A stretch of 64,000 nucleotides of DNA from Octopus sinensis (GCF_006345805.1 NC_043006.1:16058001-16122000), one strand, 5' to 3'. Counted from the first letter of the stretch, positions 1 to 11,823 are shown. Notes: generated from the sequence alone by a model not told the origin. Numbers and translations are program-made.

Positions 1-346
1 ATTGATTATATATGGATTATATATAGGTTATATATAGATTATATATTTATATTTTTTCATTAATACTTTAATTATTTTAAAATTATTATTTTTATATTTT
101 AAAATATTGATATTTTAGATTGGAAGTCCACCTGAAGATTGTCGATCAAGACAAGAAACAATTGTAGTGGCGGTTTTTTTTGACTTTTTATTAAAATTTT
201 ATGTATTGATTAAGTCTTTCCTTGTTTGTTTTGCAAAATAGTGGTTTTGTCTCTAATAATATTATATAATATTTTACTATAAAATTGGATTTAATCCTAA
301 ATCTGATTTTTTCCCTGTAAATTTGGATTTATTCCCTAATATTTAT

Positions 347-350
<4 letters not shown>
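1..350 (+). mobile_element. Penelope-like/retrozyme-like terminal non-coding segment carrying a hammerhead ribozyme, running into (TA)n
   Basis: Contains an intact type I hammerhead (128-170) and abuts (TA)n at 351, like other hammerhead-bearing elements in the window; left end cut by the window edge. Confidence 0.6.
128..170 (+). ncRNA. Minimal type I hammerhead ribozyme (predicted cleavage after GUA, A166)
   Basis: CCAC-CUGAAGA-UUGUC(gaucaa)GACAA-GAAA-CAAUUG-UA-GUGG: stem I 4 bp, stem II 5 bp, all core nucleotides intact, palindromic stem/loop III. Confidence 0.9.
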
Positions 351-441
<91 letters not shown>

Positions 442-448
442 CATACAT

Positions 449-512
<64 letters not shown>
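351..512. repeat. (TA)n microsatellite
   Basis: Direct inspection. Confidence 0.98.
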
Positions 513-514
<2 letters not shown>

Positions 515-540
515 TATACGGGATGGCGTGTCTCTCACCA

Positions 541-718
541 TCGCTTAACAACCGGAACCTGTGTCAGCTTGTTTACTAGATTTTCGGCTAAAACAGTCCC
601 ATAGAATAAGTACTGGACTTTAAAGATAAGTCCTGGGGTTGCTTTACCAACTAAACCCTTCAAGGTGATGCCCCAGCACGACCGAATCCAATGATTAAAA
701 CAATTAAAACCTAAAAGA
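541..718 (+). mobile_element. SINE family B, decayed 3' part
   Basis: Diverged match to the 3' half of the family B copies at 9628 and 27088. Confidence 0.7.
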
Positions 719-758
719 TAATTAATACATATATTCATACCGATTTATAATGGTCTCA

Positions 759-960
759 AATTTTGACACAAGGCCAGCAATTTCGGAGAGGAGGTAAGTC
801 GATTACGTCGATTCCCAGAACTCGCCTGGTACTAATTTTATTGACCCCGAAAGAATGACAAAGTCGAGCTCGGCGGCATTTGAACTCAGAACATGAAGAC
901 GGACGAAATGCCGCTAAGCATTTTGACTGGCGTACTAAGGATTCTTCCAGCTTGTCGCCT
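759..960 (-). mobile_element. SINE family A (Deu/Nin-like core), old copy with tail type b
   Basis: Reverse-complement match to the family A head and core; tail AAATTGCTGGCCTTGTGTCAAAATTTGAGACCATT. Confidence 0.85.
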
Positions 961-1224
961 TAGATACCTACTTATAATGATGGACAAAAGTCTACAGAAA
1001 TGTCTAGCAGGAGCTTTTCTTTCGGGATTAGGTGTTCTTATCAAATTAATTTTCGCTAAACAAACTGTCTCAAATCCTGCAAACAAATAAATGAAAGCAT
1101 TTATCTCTTTATAATATTATAAAGTAATAGGCAACATAATGTTGGTTGGTGGGTGTTGGTTGATTTTTTTTCCTGTCACTCTTTAAATCGTATAGAAAAA
1201 GACAGCAAAATAGAGATATCCTTA

Positions 1225-1385
1225 TCTTTGACTGGTTTTAGTCATAGAACTGCGGCTATGTTGTGGTACCATCATGAAAGGTTTTAGTTGAACGATTCCA
1301 CTCCAGTAACTATTTTTTTCTTTAAAGTTCAGTACTTGTTCTATCAGTGTCTTTTGCCGAACCACTAAGTTACGGGAACATAAAC
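1225..1385 (-). mobile_element. SINE family B, decayed 3' part
   Basis: Diverged reverse match (TTTTGCCGAACCACTAAGTTACGGG). Confidence 0.7.
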
Positions 1386-2198
1386 CAAAATATAGCAAGA
1401 GATAAACAATCAGCCACTATTCGATTTTGAAATCATGCCTTTTAAATACATTGTAAGCTATGTCATACATAACACCTTTATATAAAAGGAGGTGACGATA
1501 TCTAAAATGCAGTGTAGAACACAAGGGATTTGGAGCACAGATTTTACCGAGAATTTTGATCAGAGTAGGGTCTAGATAATGTAAATCTTCCAAAAATACA
1601 GAGGGCACAGGAGGTGAGCTTCGGCGAGAGAGGGTGGGTCGTGATTTAATACTAAAGAATTTTTGTAGATATTTATCTCTCATGTTCATTTGAAAGACAC
1701 GTTTTATTTGGGGTGTTTGGATTGCACTGTACATATTTAAGAGAAGACCATCTAACATAGGAAAGCGGATATTGCGAATAGCTTGAAGGAACGCAGGATG
1801 TAACATTTCGCTGCAATACGGCAGCTGTTTTTTTTTTTGATTATTTTTCCGAGGAATGGATTCAATGAACTGATACTTCTATGTTCGGCAATATCACTCG
1901 TATTCTCGTATTCGCTTTAATTTGTTCCCGTTTCATCCTTTTACCCCCGTTACCCTTGTGCTCCTTCTTCATCTTTTCTATGACTTTCTTGGTTATTTCA
2001 CTTCTTCCTTGCTTTACTTCATTTAGCTTTCTCTTTCTATTTTCCGTTGTCCAAGTCTATCTTTCTAAGTGAGTTGTTTGGCGGGGGGGGGGTGCTCGTG
2101 CAACGTGCTCTTGTCAACATCGGAAGATAAATAAGCAGATGCATTAAAAGGTAACTACCATGCTTCAAGGTTGATAGAAACGTTTGTATGATAAGTGG

Positions 2199-2199
<1 letters not shown>

Positions 2200-2230
<31 letters not shown>

Positions 2231-2634
2231 CGTATGTATGTATGTACGTACGTACATATGTATGTATGTACATATGTATGTATGCATGTATGTATGTATG
2301 TATGTATGATTGTATGTACATATGTATATGTATGTATGTATGTATGTATGTATGCATGTATGTATGTACGTATGTATATACGTATGTATGTATGTGATGT
2401 ACGTGTGTATGTATGTATGTATGTGTGTATGTACGTACGTATGTATGTACATATGTATATATGCATGTATGTATGTATGATTGTATGGATGTACGTACAT
2501 ATGTAAGTATGTATGTATGTACGTATGTATGTATGTATGTGTGTATTTACGTATGTATGTATGTATGTACGTATGTATGTATGTACGTACGTATGTATGC
2601 ATGTATGTGTGTATGTACATACGTATGTATGTAC

Positions 2635-2665
<31 letters not shown>

Positions 2666-2728
2666 TGTATGTATGTATGTATGTACGTATGTATGTATGT
2701 ATGATTGTATGGATGTATGTATATGTAT
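2200..2728. repeat. (TATG)n compound microsatellite
   Basis: Direct inspection; source of the YVCM/HTYI ORFs. Confidence 0.98.
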
Positions 2729-3160
2729 ATCTTTAAGTCTTGCTTTCAGAGAACTGAAGTGCGCATGATCGCGAAAAGATAATTTTCTGAGATTATTCAT
2801 GCGGTATTCTGCTTGCAGCATTACATTATCTTTAACACTATCGATGTTTAATATTATTAATGAAATTAGCATTATATTTTGAATTGGAAGGAAAATAACT
2901 GTAGTATTGATGATAATGTTATGCCGAAAACAGTAGTATGCGAGTCTATCTTTTAATGATTCCACGATCCGGTTTCGATCTAGCCATTGGAATTTTTGAA
3001 ATCTCTAACATCACATTTTCTAATTACCTATTAAACTGAGACATTCTACCATTCTACCATTCAGCAAAAAGAAATAGCTAAATATTTTCTTTTCTGCTGA
3101 AACCCTCAAGTAGCCGCGTTATAATAATCGAAGTAAGGATGGCTGCGCAGACGTGATGAT

Positions 3161-3300
3161 AGGAGCAGGGGTGGCTGTGTGGTAAAGAAGCTTGCTTCCC
3201 AACCGTGTGGTTTTATGTTCAGTCCCACTGCGATGCACTTTGTGCAGGTGTCTTCTACTATAAATCAGTGGATTTGGTAGAAGGGAACTGAACGAAGCCC
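3161..3300 (+). mobile_element. SINE family B, decayed 5' head
   Basis: GGAGCAGGGGTGGCTGTGTGGTAAAG...GTTCAGTCCCACTGCG. Confidence 0.75.
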
Positions 3301-3314
3301 ATTGAGTATATTTT

Positions 3315-3695
3315 TTTACTTACTTCACACTGCTGCCATGTTGGGGCACTGCCTTAAAAAATGGTAGCCGAACGAATGAACCCTAGCACTCTTTTATTAA
3401 CCTGGCACTTATTCTATCGGTTTCTTTTTCCGAACCTCTAAGTTACAGGGACGTTAACACACCAGCACAGATATGAAGCGGTGGTTAGAGACAAACATAG
3501 TCACAAAGAAACACACACACACTTACGTTTATGTGTGTATACGACGAGTTTCTTTTAGCTACCGTTTACTAAAGTGACACACAAGGCTTTATTCGGTGCA
3601 AAATTATAGCCAAACTATAATTTAGTCACAGGGGACTAAATTTGAATCTATGTGGTTGGAAAGCAAACTTATCGCGCAGCCACACCAACGCCTAT
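3315..3695 (-). mobile_element. SINE family B, old near-full copy
   Basis: Diverged reverse match over the full length; inverted relative to the adjacent 3161 head. Confidence 0.7.
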
Positions 3696-3834
3696 ATAAA
3701 GGCTGATGTGGTCTCCGCTCATATCAGTGTATACACTATTTGCGTTTGGCACCAGCTTTAAGGGGTGTCGTCGTCTTTAGAGTCGTGGGACTTCCAAACA
3801 AGCAAGCAGTTGCTTTTGTCTCCCACCACTTTTT

Positions 3835-3992
3835 GACAATCGGTGTCGGTTTGTTCCCGTCCTATAACTTAGCGCTTTGGCAAAAATGACTGATAGAATA
3901 AGTAACATACTTAAAAATAAGTACTGGGGCCGATTTGTTAAACTAAGTCCTTCAAAGTTGGCCGCAGTCCAATGACTGAAACAAGCAAAAGA
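3835..3992 (+). mobile_element. SINE family B, decayed 3' part
   Basis: TTGACAATCGGTGTCGG...GGCCGCAGTCCAATGACTGAAACAAG. Confidence 0.7.
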
Positions 3993-4502
3993 TGAAACTA
4001 AAAAATATATACACTGTAATATACACATTAACCACTTTATCGTATATAATTGGATATCTATTATTCGATAAATAACAACGAGAGAACTCCAATTATATAT
4101 CAATAAGGTAACTGTTAACACTACAGAACTATTGTTTTCCGTGAGTAATAAAATATGAATTATATTATGGTTGTTTTCGATGTTTCTAATCTTTCGCCAA
4201 CCATTGTCAAACTATTATTTTGTAACTATTTCTAAAATTGTTTTCAGAGATTTACTCGTCATTATTAAGTATTTTTTATTGTCTTGTAAGAACAGTTTAA
4301 TTATCAACAGGTCAATTATCTTGTACTCATAATTCAAGTGCCTAATACAATTCTACATGTATTATATGATATGCGTTTATATTGTTGGAAGTTAAATTCT
4401 TTTCATTACTTTATAACTGGTGGGACAACTGATAATAAGCTATAATACGAACTGATACGATATTCAGTAAAATACGATGTTTGTTTTGATTTAGGTACAC
4501 AT

Positions 4503-4890
4503 TACTCTTTTTTTACTGGTTTCAGTCATTTGACTGCGGCCATGCTGGAGCACCACCTTTAGTCGAGCAAATCGACCCCAGGACTTATTCAATCGGTCTC
4601 TTTTGCCGAACCGCTAAGTGACGGGGACGTAAACACATCAGCATCGGTTGTCAAGCAATGCTAGGGGGACAAACACAGACACACAAACACAAACACACAC
4701 ACGCATATATATATATATACATATATACGACGGGCTTCTTTCAGTTTCCGTCTACCGAATCCACTCACAAGGCATTGGTCGGCCCAGGGCTATAGCAGAA
4801 GACACTTGCCCAAGATGCCACGCAGTGGGACTGAACCCGGAACCATGTGGTTGGTTAGCAAGCTACTTACCACACAGCCACTCCTGCGCC
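4503..4890 (-). mobile_element. SINE family B (tRNA head, CORE-like ACCTTGGGCAAGT segment, internal TA/TG microsatellite), small internal deletion
   Basis: High identity to other family B copies. Confidence 0.95.
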
Positions 4891-5118
4891 TACATTATAT
4901 ACTTTAGAGATAGATTTTGTTATGGTTATTTATACAGAAATTATAGCCAGCACTGATTTTTTTTTCTACGTTTCGTAACGAGACACCAGATGTAAACAAA
5001 GAATGAGATCGAAGACAACAATGGGTAATAAGTGTATATGCCATATTTCGGGCGGAGGGGGGTTCCCTTTATCAGTACCCATTTAACCCACTCTTTCCTC
5101 CGAATACATAGCTAATAT

Positions 5119-5535
5119 ATATTTCTTTATTGCCCACAAGGGGCTAAACACAGAAAGGACAAACAAAGACAGACAAACGGATTAAGTCGATTATATTGAC
5201 CCCAGTGCGTAACTGGTACTTATTTAATCGACCCCGAAAGGATGAAAGGCAAAGTCGACCTCGGTGGAATTTGAACTCAGAACGCAGCGGTAGATGAAAT
5301 ACCTATTTCTTTACTACCCACAAGGGGCTAAACACAGAGAGGACAAACAAGGACAGCCAAACGGATTAAGTCGATTACATCGACCCCAGTGCGTAACTCG
5401 TACTTAATTTATCGACCCTCGAAAGGATGAAAGGCAAAGTCGACCTCGGCGGAATTTGAACTCAGAACGTAACGGCAGACGAAATCCGACTACGCACTTC
5501 GCCCAGCGTGCTAACGTTTCTGCCAGCTCGCCGCC
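5119..5535 (-). mobile_element. SINE family A head-to-tail dimer (full copy plus copy lacking first ~47 nt)
   Basis: Junction AAAGAAATAG|GTATTTC at 5302; flanked by a diverged 19-bp direct repeat (5100-5118 / 5536-5554). Confidence 0.95.
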
Positions 5536-6454
5536 CCGAATGCATAGTTTATATAGTCACCGCATACAGCGGTGTTAAGTTATTGGATATACCAACTTAC
5601 ATATTAAACGCATTCCTGTAGAGTGGGGTTAACTGGGTGCTGATGATGAGCAAAACCCCCCGAAATATATATTCATTATCCATTTTCTGTTTCCCATCAC
5701 ATTGTATGTTTACATCTAACGTCTGGATACGAAACGTGCTGACTATAATTTCTGTAGAAATAGCCTTAACAAAATAATGTAAAAAGCACTGCTAACAGAG
5801 TAGAACGTGGTGTTGACTCATAATATGTTTTATAGAATATTATGATTGCATAACGAAATACCACGTGGCTACAAGTCATTAATATATACAGATTGAGGAT
5901 CGTTCGTATCGTCTCCAAGGTTATGAACAGTAAAATCAAAATGACATATTTCCTTTCATCTAAACTTGATTTATGAAATATATTGGTTAATTATGATTTT
6001 ATTCAACATATTCTCCTCTCATATTCACACACTTATTGCAGCGGTCTTTCAGTTCTTTTTTTCTAAGCCCCGTAGAAGAACTCCGAAAGTTGGGCCTCTA
6101 ACCAGGCCTCTCGCGAGACCCTTAAAGTCAGAAACGTTTCAGCACGCCTTCGTAGCTATGCCAAATTGTCTTCTCTGTGTCATCACAAATGTCCATAGCA
6201 ACAACAGTAATAATAATTAAAATTTCTAAAATCGTCACATTATCATTTAGTCAATTACCTTGACATGGATTGGACTTCATTTACAAATCCCAGAAGGACG
6301 AAAATAAAATTGATTCTATGCGATAGGGGAACCTAGAATGTAAAGGAACGAAATTAAATATAACAAACATTTTACCCAACGCTCTACGGAGTCTGCTAAT
6401 CTACCGCTCTCAAAAAATGTAATAACATTTCCACTGGTTCTAATCTATTAAATA

Positions 6455-6839
6455 GTGGAGGCGCAATGGCCCAGTGGTTAGGGCAGCGGATTCGCGGTCA
6501 TAGGATCGCGGTTTCGATTCCCAGACCGGGCGTTGTGAGTGTTTATTGAGCGAAAACACCTAAAAGCTCCACGAGGCTCCGGCAGGGGATGGTGGTGATC
6601 CCTGCTGTACTCTTTCACCACAACTTTCTCTCACTCTTACTTCCTGTTTCTGTTGTACCTGTATTTCAAAGGGCCGGCCTTGTCACTCTCTGTGTCACGC
6701 TGAATATCCCCGAGAACTACGTTAAGGGTACACGTGTCTGTGGAGTGCTCAGCCACTTACACGTTAATTTCACGAGCAGGCTGTTCCGTTGATCGGATCA
6801 ACCGGAACCCTCGTCGTCGTAACCGACGGAGTGCTTCCC
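6455..6839 (+). mobile_element. SINE family C (tRNA-like head; resembles octopus OR-type SINEs), young full-length copy
   Basis: A box TGGCCCAGTGG, B box GGTTTCGATTCC; 13-bp TSD AATCTATTAAATA (6442-6454 / 6840-6852). Confidence 0.95.
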
Positions 6840-7029
6840 AATCTATTAAATATATGTAGTATGTTCCATTATCTCAACAGAGAATGTGAAAATAATTAGT
6901 TTGTGTAAAACAAACGTAGAATCATGAAAATACCCAAAAAATATTTTTAGTTACTTAATAAGGAAGCATTGTTAAAGCGTCCAACAGAACGTTTCACCCC
7001 ATTTCTTCCGACTGTTTGCGATATGAGTT

Positions 7030-7250
7030 CAAATCCTAATGAATTCGACAGTCAAGGCTGATCTGAAACCCAGTCTAGGCCCCCATGTCTACGGCGTTCG
7101 TCGCTGGAAGAAGGAGTGGTTGGAGATCACGCGGTCGTTAGCCTCAAATCGCCAGGTTTGGTCGGCGTTTGTGAGAGATGCAGCATTGAGGATGAATGAA
7201 GCCAGGTCAACCCACCCCGGGTGAATGCTGTCTCAAGACAAGACAAGAAG
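7030..7250 (+). mobile_element. RTE-clade LINE 3' end fragment (5'-truncated)
   Basis: Encodes VKADLKPSLGPHVYGVRRWKKEWLEITRSLASNRQVWSAFVRDA, typical of an RTE ORF C-terminus; (CAAGA)n tail. Confidence 0.75.
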
Positions 7251-8191
7251 AATTCAACTTTGCTTTCCATCCATCTGATCGACAAATTAAATAACCAATC
7301 ATGTACTGAAGCCGATTGGTATTGATTAATCCACTCGCCTCGAAATTGTTGGTTCGATACTTAAATCAGAAACAATTATTTTAATCTATAAAATCAACAA
7401 TAATTTGTTTGCAGAATGAAACTCAAAGCTCAAGAAACTTAATATTATTGAAAAATCTTCTGTTCATGTTTTACTTTTACTCAGAAATATCATTCTCTTT
7501 GAGAAATGCTTTTATATTTTTATAATCTGAAAATATTTTCAATGTTCTATGGTGTTTCAGCATTAATTTATTTCGAAATATATTTGCACCTGTATTTCTT
7601 AAAACCGGATAAAATGGTTGCGGATAAAATGCAATTCTTCGTATCAGCCATCTACTTCATCTTTGCTTCAGATAGCTACTTAATCTTTCAACGAAACAGA
7701 ATTAATCTATAATCTGTAGTATTATTGGTCTTTCCCAAATTCAAATCCATTTCAAATATTAACCAAATACTTAAATTGGACGCGTAGAAGCAGCTTAGTG
7801 TTATGTAAGCTGATATTGAATCTAGTATGTAGCATAAGATCGATTACTGATTGAATTATTTCACTCCACACACTAAGTTAACCTTTCATAGGGAATATCT
7901 TAGGGTTGAGATCCGCTTTACTGACTACCTATGTATTGATATTCCATATAAAGAACAAAGATGAAGTCTTGAGCTTTGAACTTTTAAAACTTACAGAACA
8001 TTTTTCATTCTGTTTCACTCCAAAACTTACTTCTTGTGTATGAAAATATGAATATTAATGTACGTAGCGTAGCTTTGAGCTAATACCAATTTTCGGTGAC
8101 TAATTATAGAGATATAACACTTTAATAAAGCGAAAATAAGATTTTCCTGATATGTCTGCTTTTCTCTATGACTATAGCAGAGAATCTAAAA

Positions 8192-8268
8192 ATTCAAGTC
8201 ATATCACAAGATTAGCGTTCGCCCCTAATATAGTTTGTTTTTCCATCTTGCTTGAAATGGTCCTATAT

Positions 8269-8300
<32 letters not shown>

Positions 8301-8366
8301 GGACCATTTCAAGCAAGATGGAAAAACAAACTATATTAGGGGCGAACGCTAATCTTGTGATATGAC

Positions 8367-8372
<6 letters not shown>
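8192..8372. repeat. Perfect 73-bp inverted duplication around a (TA)n loop
   Basis: 8192-8264 is the exact reverse complement of 8300-8372. Confidence 0.95.
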
Positions 8373-8449
<77 letters not shown>

Positions 8450-8554
8450 ATATATATAATATATATATATGTATATATATGAATATTATATATATATATG
8501 TGTATATTTTTTACAAATATACATATATATATATGTATATATATATGTATATAT

Positions 8555-8600
<46 letters not shown>

Positions 8601-8619
8601 ATGTATGTATATATATAGG

Positions 8620-8990
8620 TTCAGCAAAATTTAGATTCAGATGAATATGGTACTTAAGTTAAAGGCACCAGAATTTGGTATGGTATTATCCATATAAATC
8701 AAAGGGGGTGATTATACTCAAAATAAGCAATAAGGATACCCAAGGTAGTGTAGTACAATCGCTTCATGCTACTTCATTTTATTAAACACTGTAAGTATTA
8801 CATCAGTTTTACAATGTCGAGCAATCTTCAGCCACATATAGAATTTTTTAATTAAATGGACAATGTACATTTTTATTCTCATTTCATTTGCCAACATTAC
8901 AAAGAGGGCAGATATATAGACAGAGAGGTTAATTTCCTCATTAAGAACATGGTGGTAGTATGTCCTTCTCCATGTGTAGATTTATTATCA
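8620..8990 (-). mobile_element. Hammerhead-bearing short element between TA tracts (same family as 56960-57327)
   Basis: Reverse complement aligns with 57080-57327 (TATGGATAATACC...TGGTGCC...AACTTAAGTACCATATT.ATCTGAATCTAAAT). Confidence 0.8.
8749..8836 (-). ncRNA. Type I hammerhead with extended domain II, probably inactivated (GAAA>GAAG)
   Basis: UGUGG-CUGAAGA-UUGCU...AGCAU-GAAG-CGAUUG-UA-CUACA; 5-bp stem I covaries with the 57-kb copy. Confidence 0.7.
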
Positions 8991-8991
8991 C

Positions 8992-9052
<61 letters not shown>

Positions 9053-9060
9053 TGTGTGTC

Positions 9061-9118
<58 letters not shown>
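8990..9118. repeat. (TA)n/(TG)n microsatellite
   Basis: Direct inspection. Confidence 0.97.
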
Positions 9119-9120
<2 letters not shown>

Positions 9121-9627
9121 AGTTTAAACGCCGCCCTCTCATTAAAATTCTGATGTAATTTTGTGCAAAATTCTGGAAATGATTCAACGTATGGTTTTGC
9201 AATTTTTGAACAAGAGAAAATCTTTCACACAATGCCATAATCAAGAGCAGAATTCCATTTTTCTGTTACTTTTTATAGTCTCTTTGACTGGATGGGAATT
9301 ACTGTATTGTTGTACGTCAATAAACGGCAACAGATTATATTTTTAATCACCAAACGCCCCAGAAAGGAACACTAAATTACTTTCCTAATAATATTTATAA
9401 CAAAAGGGACAGGAATTAAGGTTTGGTTAATAAGACCATTACCGTTTTTGATGAGACTCTTATAAAACTTCCAAGACCTCTTCTCCCTTGATCCACAATC
9501 ATAACGATCGTTTTAAATTTCATTATAAATTTTACACAATCTAGTAACATTTAATTATAGCAGAAACTATATTTTTTTCTTGTGGTTTCATTTACCTTTC
9601 GACAGTTTTCTAAACAAATTTATTATA

Positions 9628-10032
9628 GGCGCAGGAGTGGCTGTGTGGTAAGTAGCTTGCTAACCAACCACATGGTTCCGGGTTCAGTCCCACTGCGTGG
9701 CATCTTGGGCAAGTGTCTTCTGGTATAGCCCTGGGCCGACCAATGCCTTGTGAGTGGATTTGGTAGACGGAAACTGAAAGAAGCCCGTCGTATATATGTA
9801 TATATATATATATAAGTGTGTGTGTATATATTTGTGTGTCTGTGTTTGTTCCCCTAGCATTGCTTGACAACCAATGCTGGTGTGTTTACGTCCCCGTCAC
9901 TTAGTGGTTCGGCAAAAGAGACCGATAGAATAAGTACTGGGCTTACAAAGAATAAGTCCCGGGATCGATTTGCTCGACTAAAGGCGGTGCTCCAGCATGG
10001 CCGCAGTCAAATGACTGAAACAAGTAAAAGAG
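9628..10032 (+). mobile_element. SINE family B, full-length
   Basis: GGCGCAGGAGTGGCTGTGTGG head through AAGTAAAAGAG tail. Confidence 0.96.
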
Positions 10033-10332
10033 TATATACGCAGTGCGACCAAAAAAATCCCTCAGATACATCATTCTTGAGAAAATTTTAAAACAACAAA
10101 TGCAAAATGTGCAGCGATTCAAACCATGATGGCAACTGAAAAAAACATTAAAACATTATCTACATGAAAACAATTACCACCTGCCTAACTTTACAACGTC
10201 ACAGCAATTGGTGCGTAAAATATGGAAGATTTGTCAGTCACAGCTTGTATACGCATTTTTAACAACAGAGGGACATTTTTGAAAGTTTGCTGTATTTTTC
10301 TATTTTTTGTAATTACATTTTTATGTAATCAT

Positions 10333-10545
10333 GTGAGCTGGCAGAAACGTTAGCACGCCGGGCAAAATGCGTAGCCGTTACGTTCTGAGTTCAAATTCCG
10401 CTGAGGTTGACTTTGCCTTTCATCCTTTCGGAGTCGATTAAATTAGTACCAGTTACGCACGGGCGTCGATATAATCGACTTAATCCGTCTGTCTGTCCTT
10501 GTTTGTCTCCTCTGTGTTTAGCCGCTTGTGGACATTAAAGAAATA
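10333..10545 (+). mobile_element. SINE family A, tail type a, small internal deletion
   Basis: Matches the family A consensus; ends AAAGAAATA. Confidence 0.93.
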
Positions 10546-10703
10546 CATATTCTCAACATATCCTTTTTATGCTCGATTTCAGACACTGATACACTCCTAT
10601 ACATGCATTTAACCACCCGCGTCTTTTTTTTTCTTAACTCCCCTATAGGCCAGAATTCCCGCCTGGTTTTTAACCCCACATCCGTGTTCTCTTTCTTCCA
10701 GTC

Positions 10704-10738
<35 letters not shown>

Positions 10739-11729
10739 CCTCTCTCTCTCTACCTACCTACTTTGCTCTAACGTCCGAAATGTTTTCAGATGCCTTTTTC
10801 TTTCTTTTCGTATTTGTGCTGTTGTTTATTTACATACACATGTCTACATGTTATTATTTAGACTCTATATGAGCATTGATTACAATTTATAACTAATTCC
10901 AATATATATACATACACACATACATATATTATTTATAAGAGTATTTGTCAAGATGTTTTGGATTATTGTAAATGCAGTTTAAACCATATCTAGAAATGGA
11001 GTGGTATAAAACCAGGAGGGAACAATTTTTCTACAATAAAACATTGAAATATAATACATATTCTTTATTGTTTCTCTAGGAAATTGCATATTTCTATCCA
11101 CACTTGATTTCACACAAGTATCCAAATTCGCATAGAAAAAAATATTGTCAGTTTAATGTTACAAATCAGGCGATACTGAAAGACGAATACCGGTGAGATA
11201 TTAAAACATAGAAAGAAGAAACTAAATAGATTTGATGTATTCACTTCGACATTTTACCGTTTATACAAAGCCACCTCTCGTAAAAATACAATTATGTGGA
11301 GTGTAGAAATTGGTGAAAACTGTGATGTAGAGCTGCCGATTAGTAGATTTTTTTCTGTTCAAACTACCTGAAATGTTCTGAGATTGTGAGAGATTTGATA
11401 AAGTCTATAAATTACGTTATAGTATTAGAAAAAAGGGGCTTCTTCTTGGAGAGTAACAAAAACTAATGGCTTTTTCTTTCTCTACCCTTAACTGGCCTAA
11501 TACTTCGTAACCATAAACGTGTTGGAAATTTACAAGAATGTAATGAAATAGATAAATATATATATTCATGAATGTGTGTGTATGTGTGTATGTGTATATG
11601 TGTGCATGTGTGTGTTTTTTTAACTATAAAAACACAGAAACTCACGAACTAATTTTATGTATGTATTTCACAAATTCAGTATATGAAACTAGACAATGCA
11701 GGTATAGAACGGTTGACGCAGACAGTAGT

Positions 11730-11823
<94 letters not shown>

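Noticed and set aside
5630-5685. CUGAUGA...GAAA
   Set aside because: No stem II
6455-6530. tRNA genes at SINE heads
   Set aside because: A/B boxes belong to SINEs with bodies, tails and TSDs; no complete cloverleaf recognised
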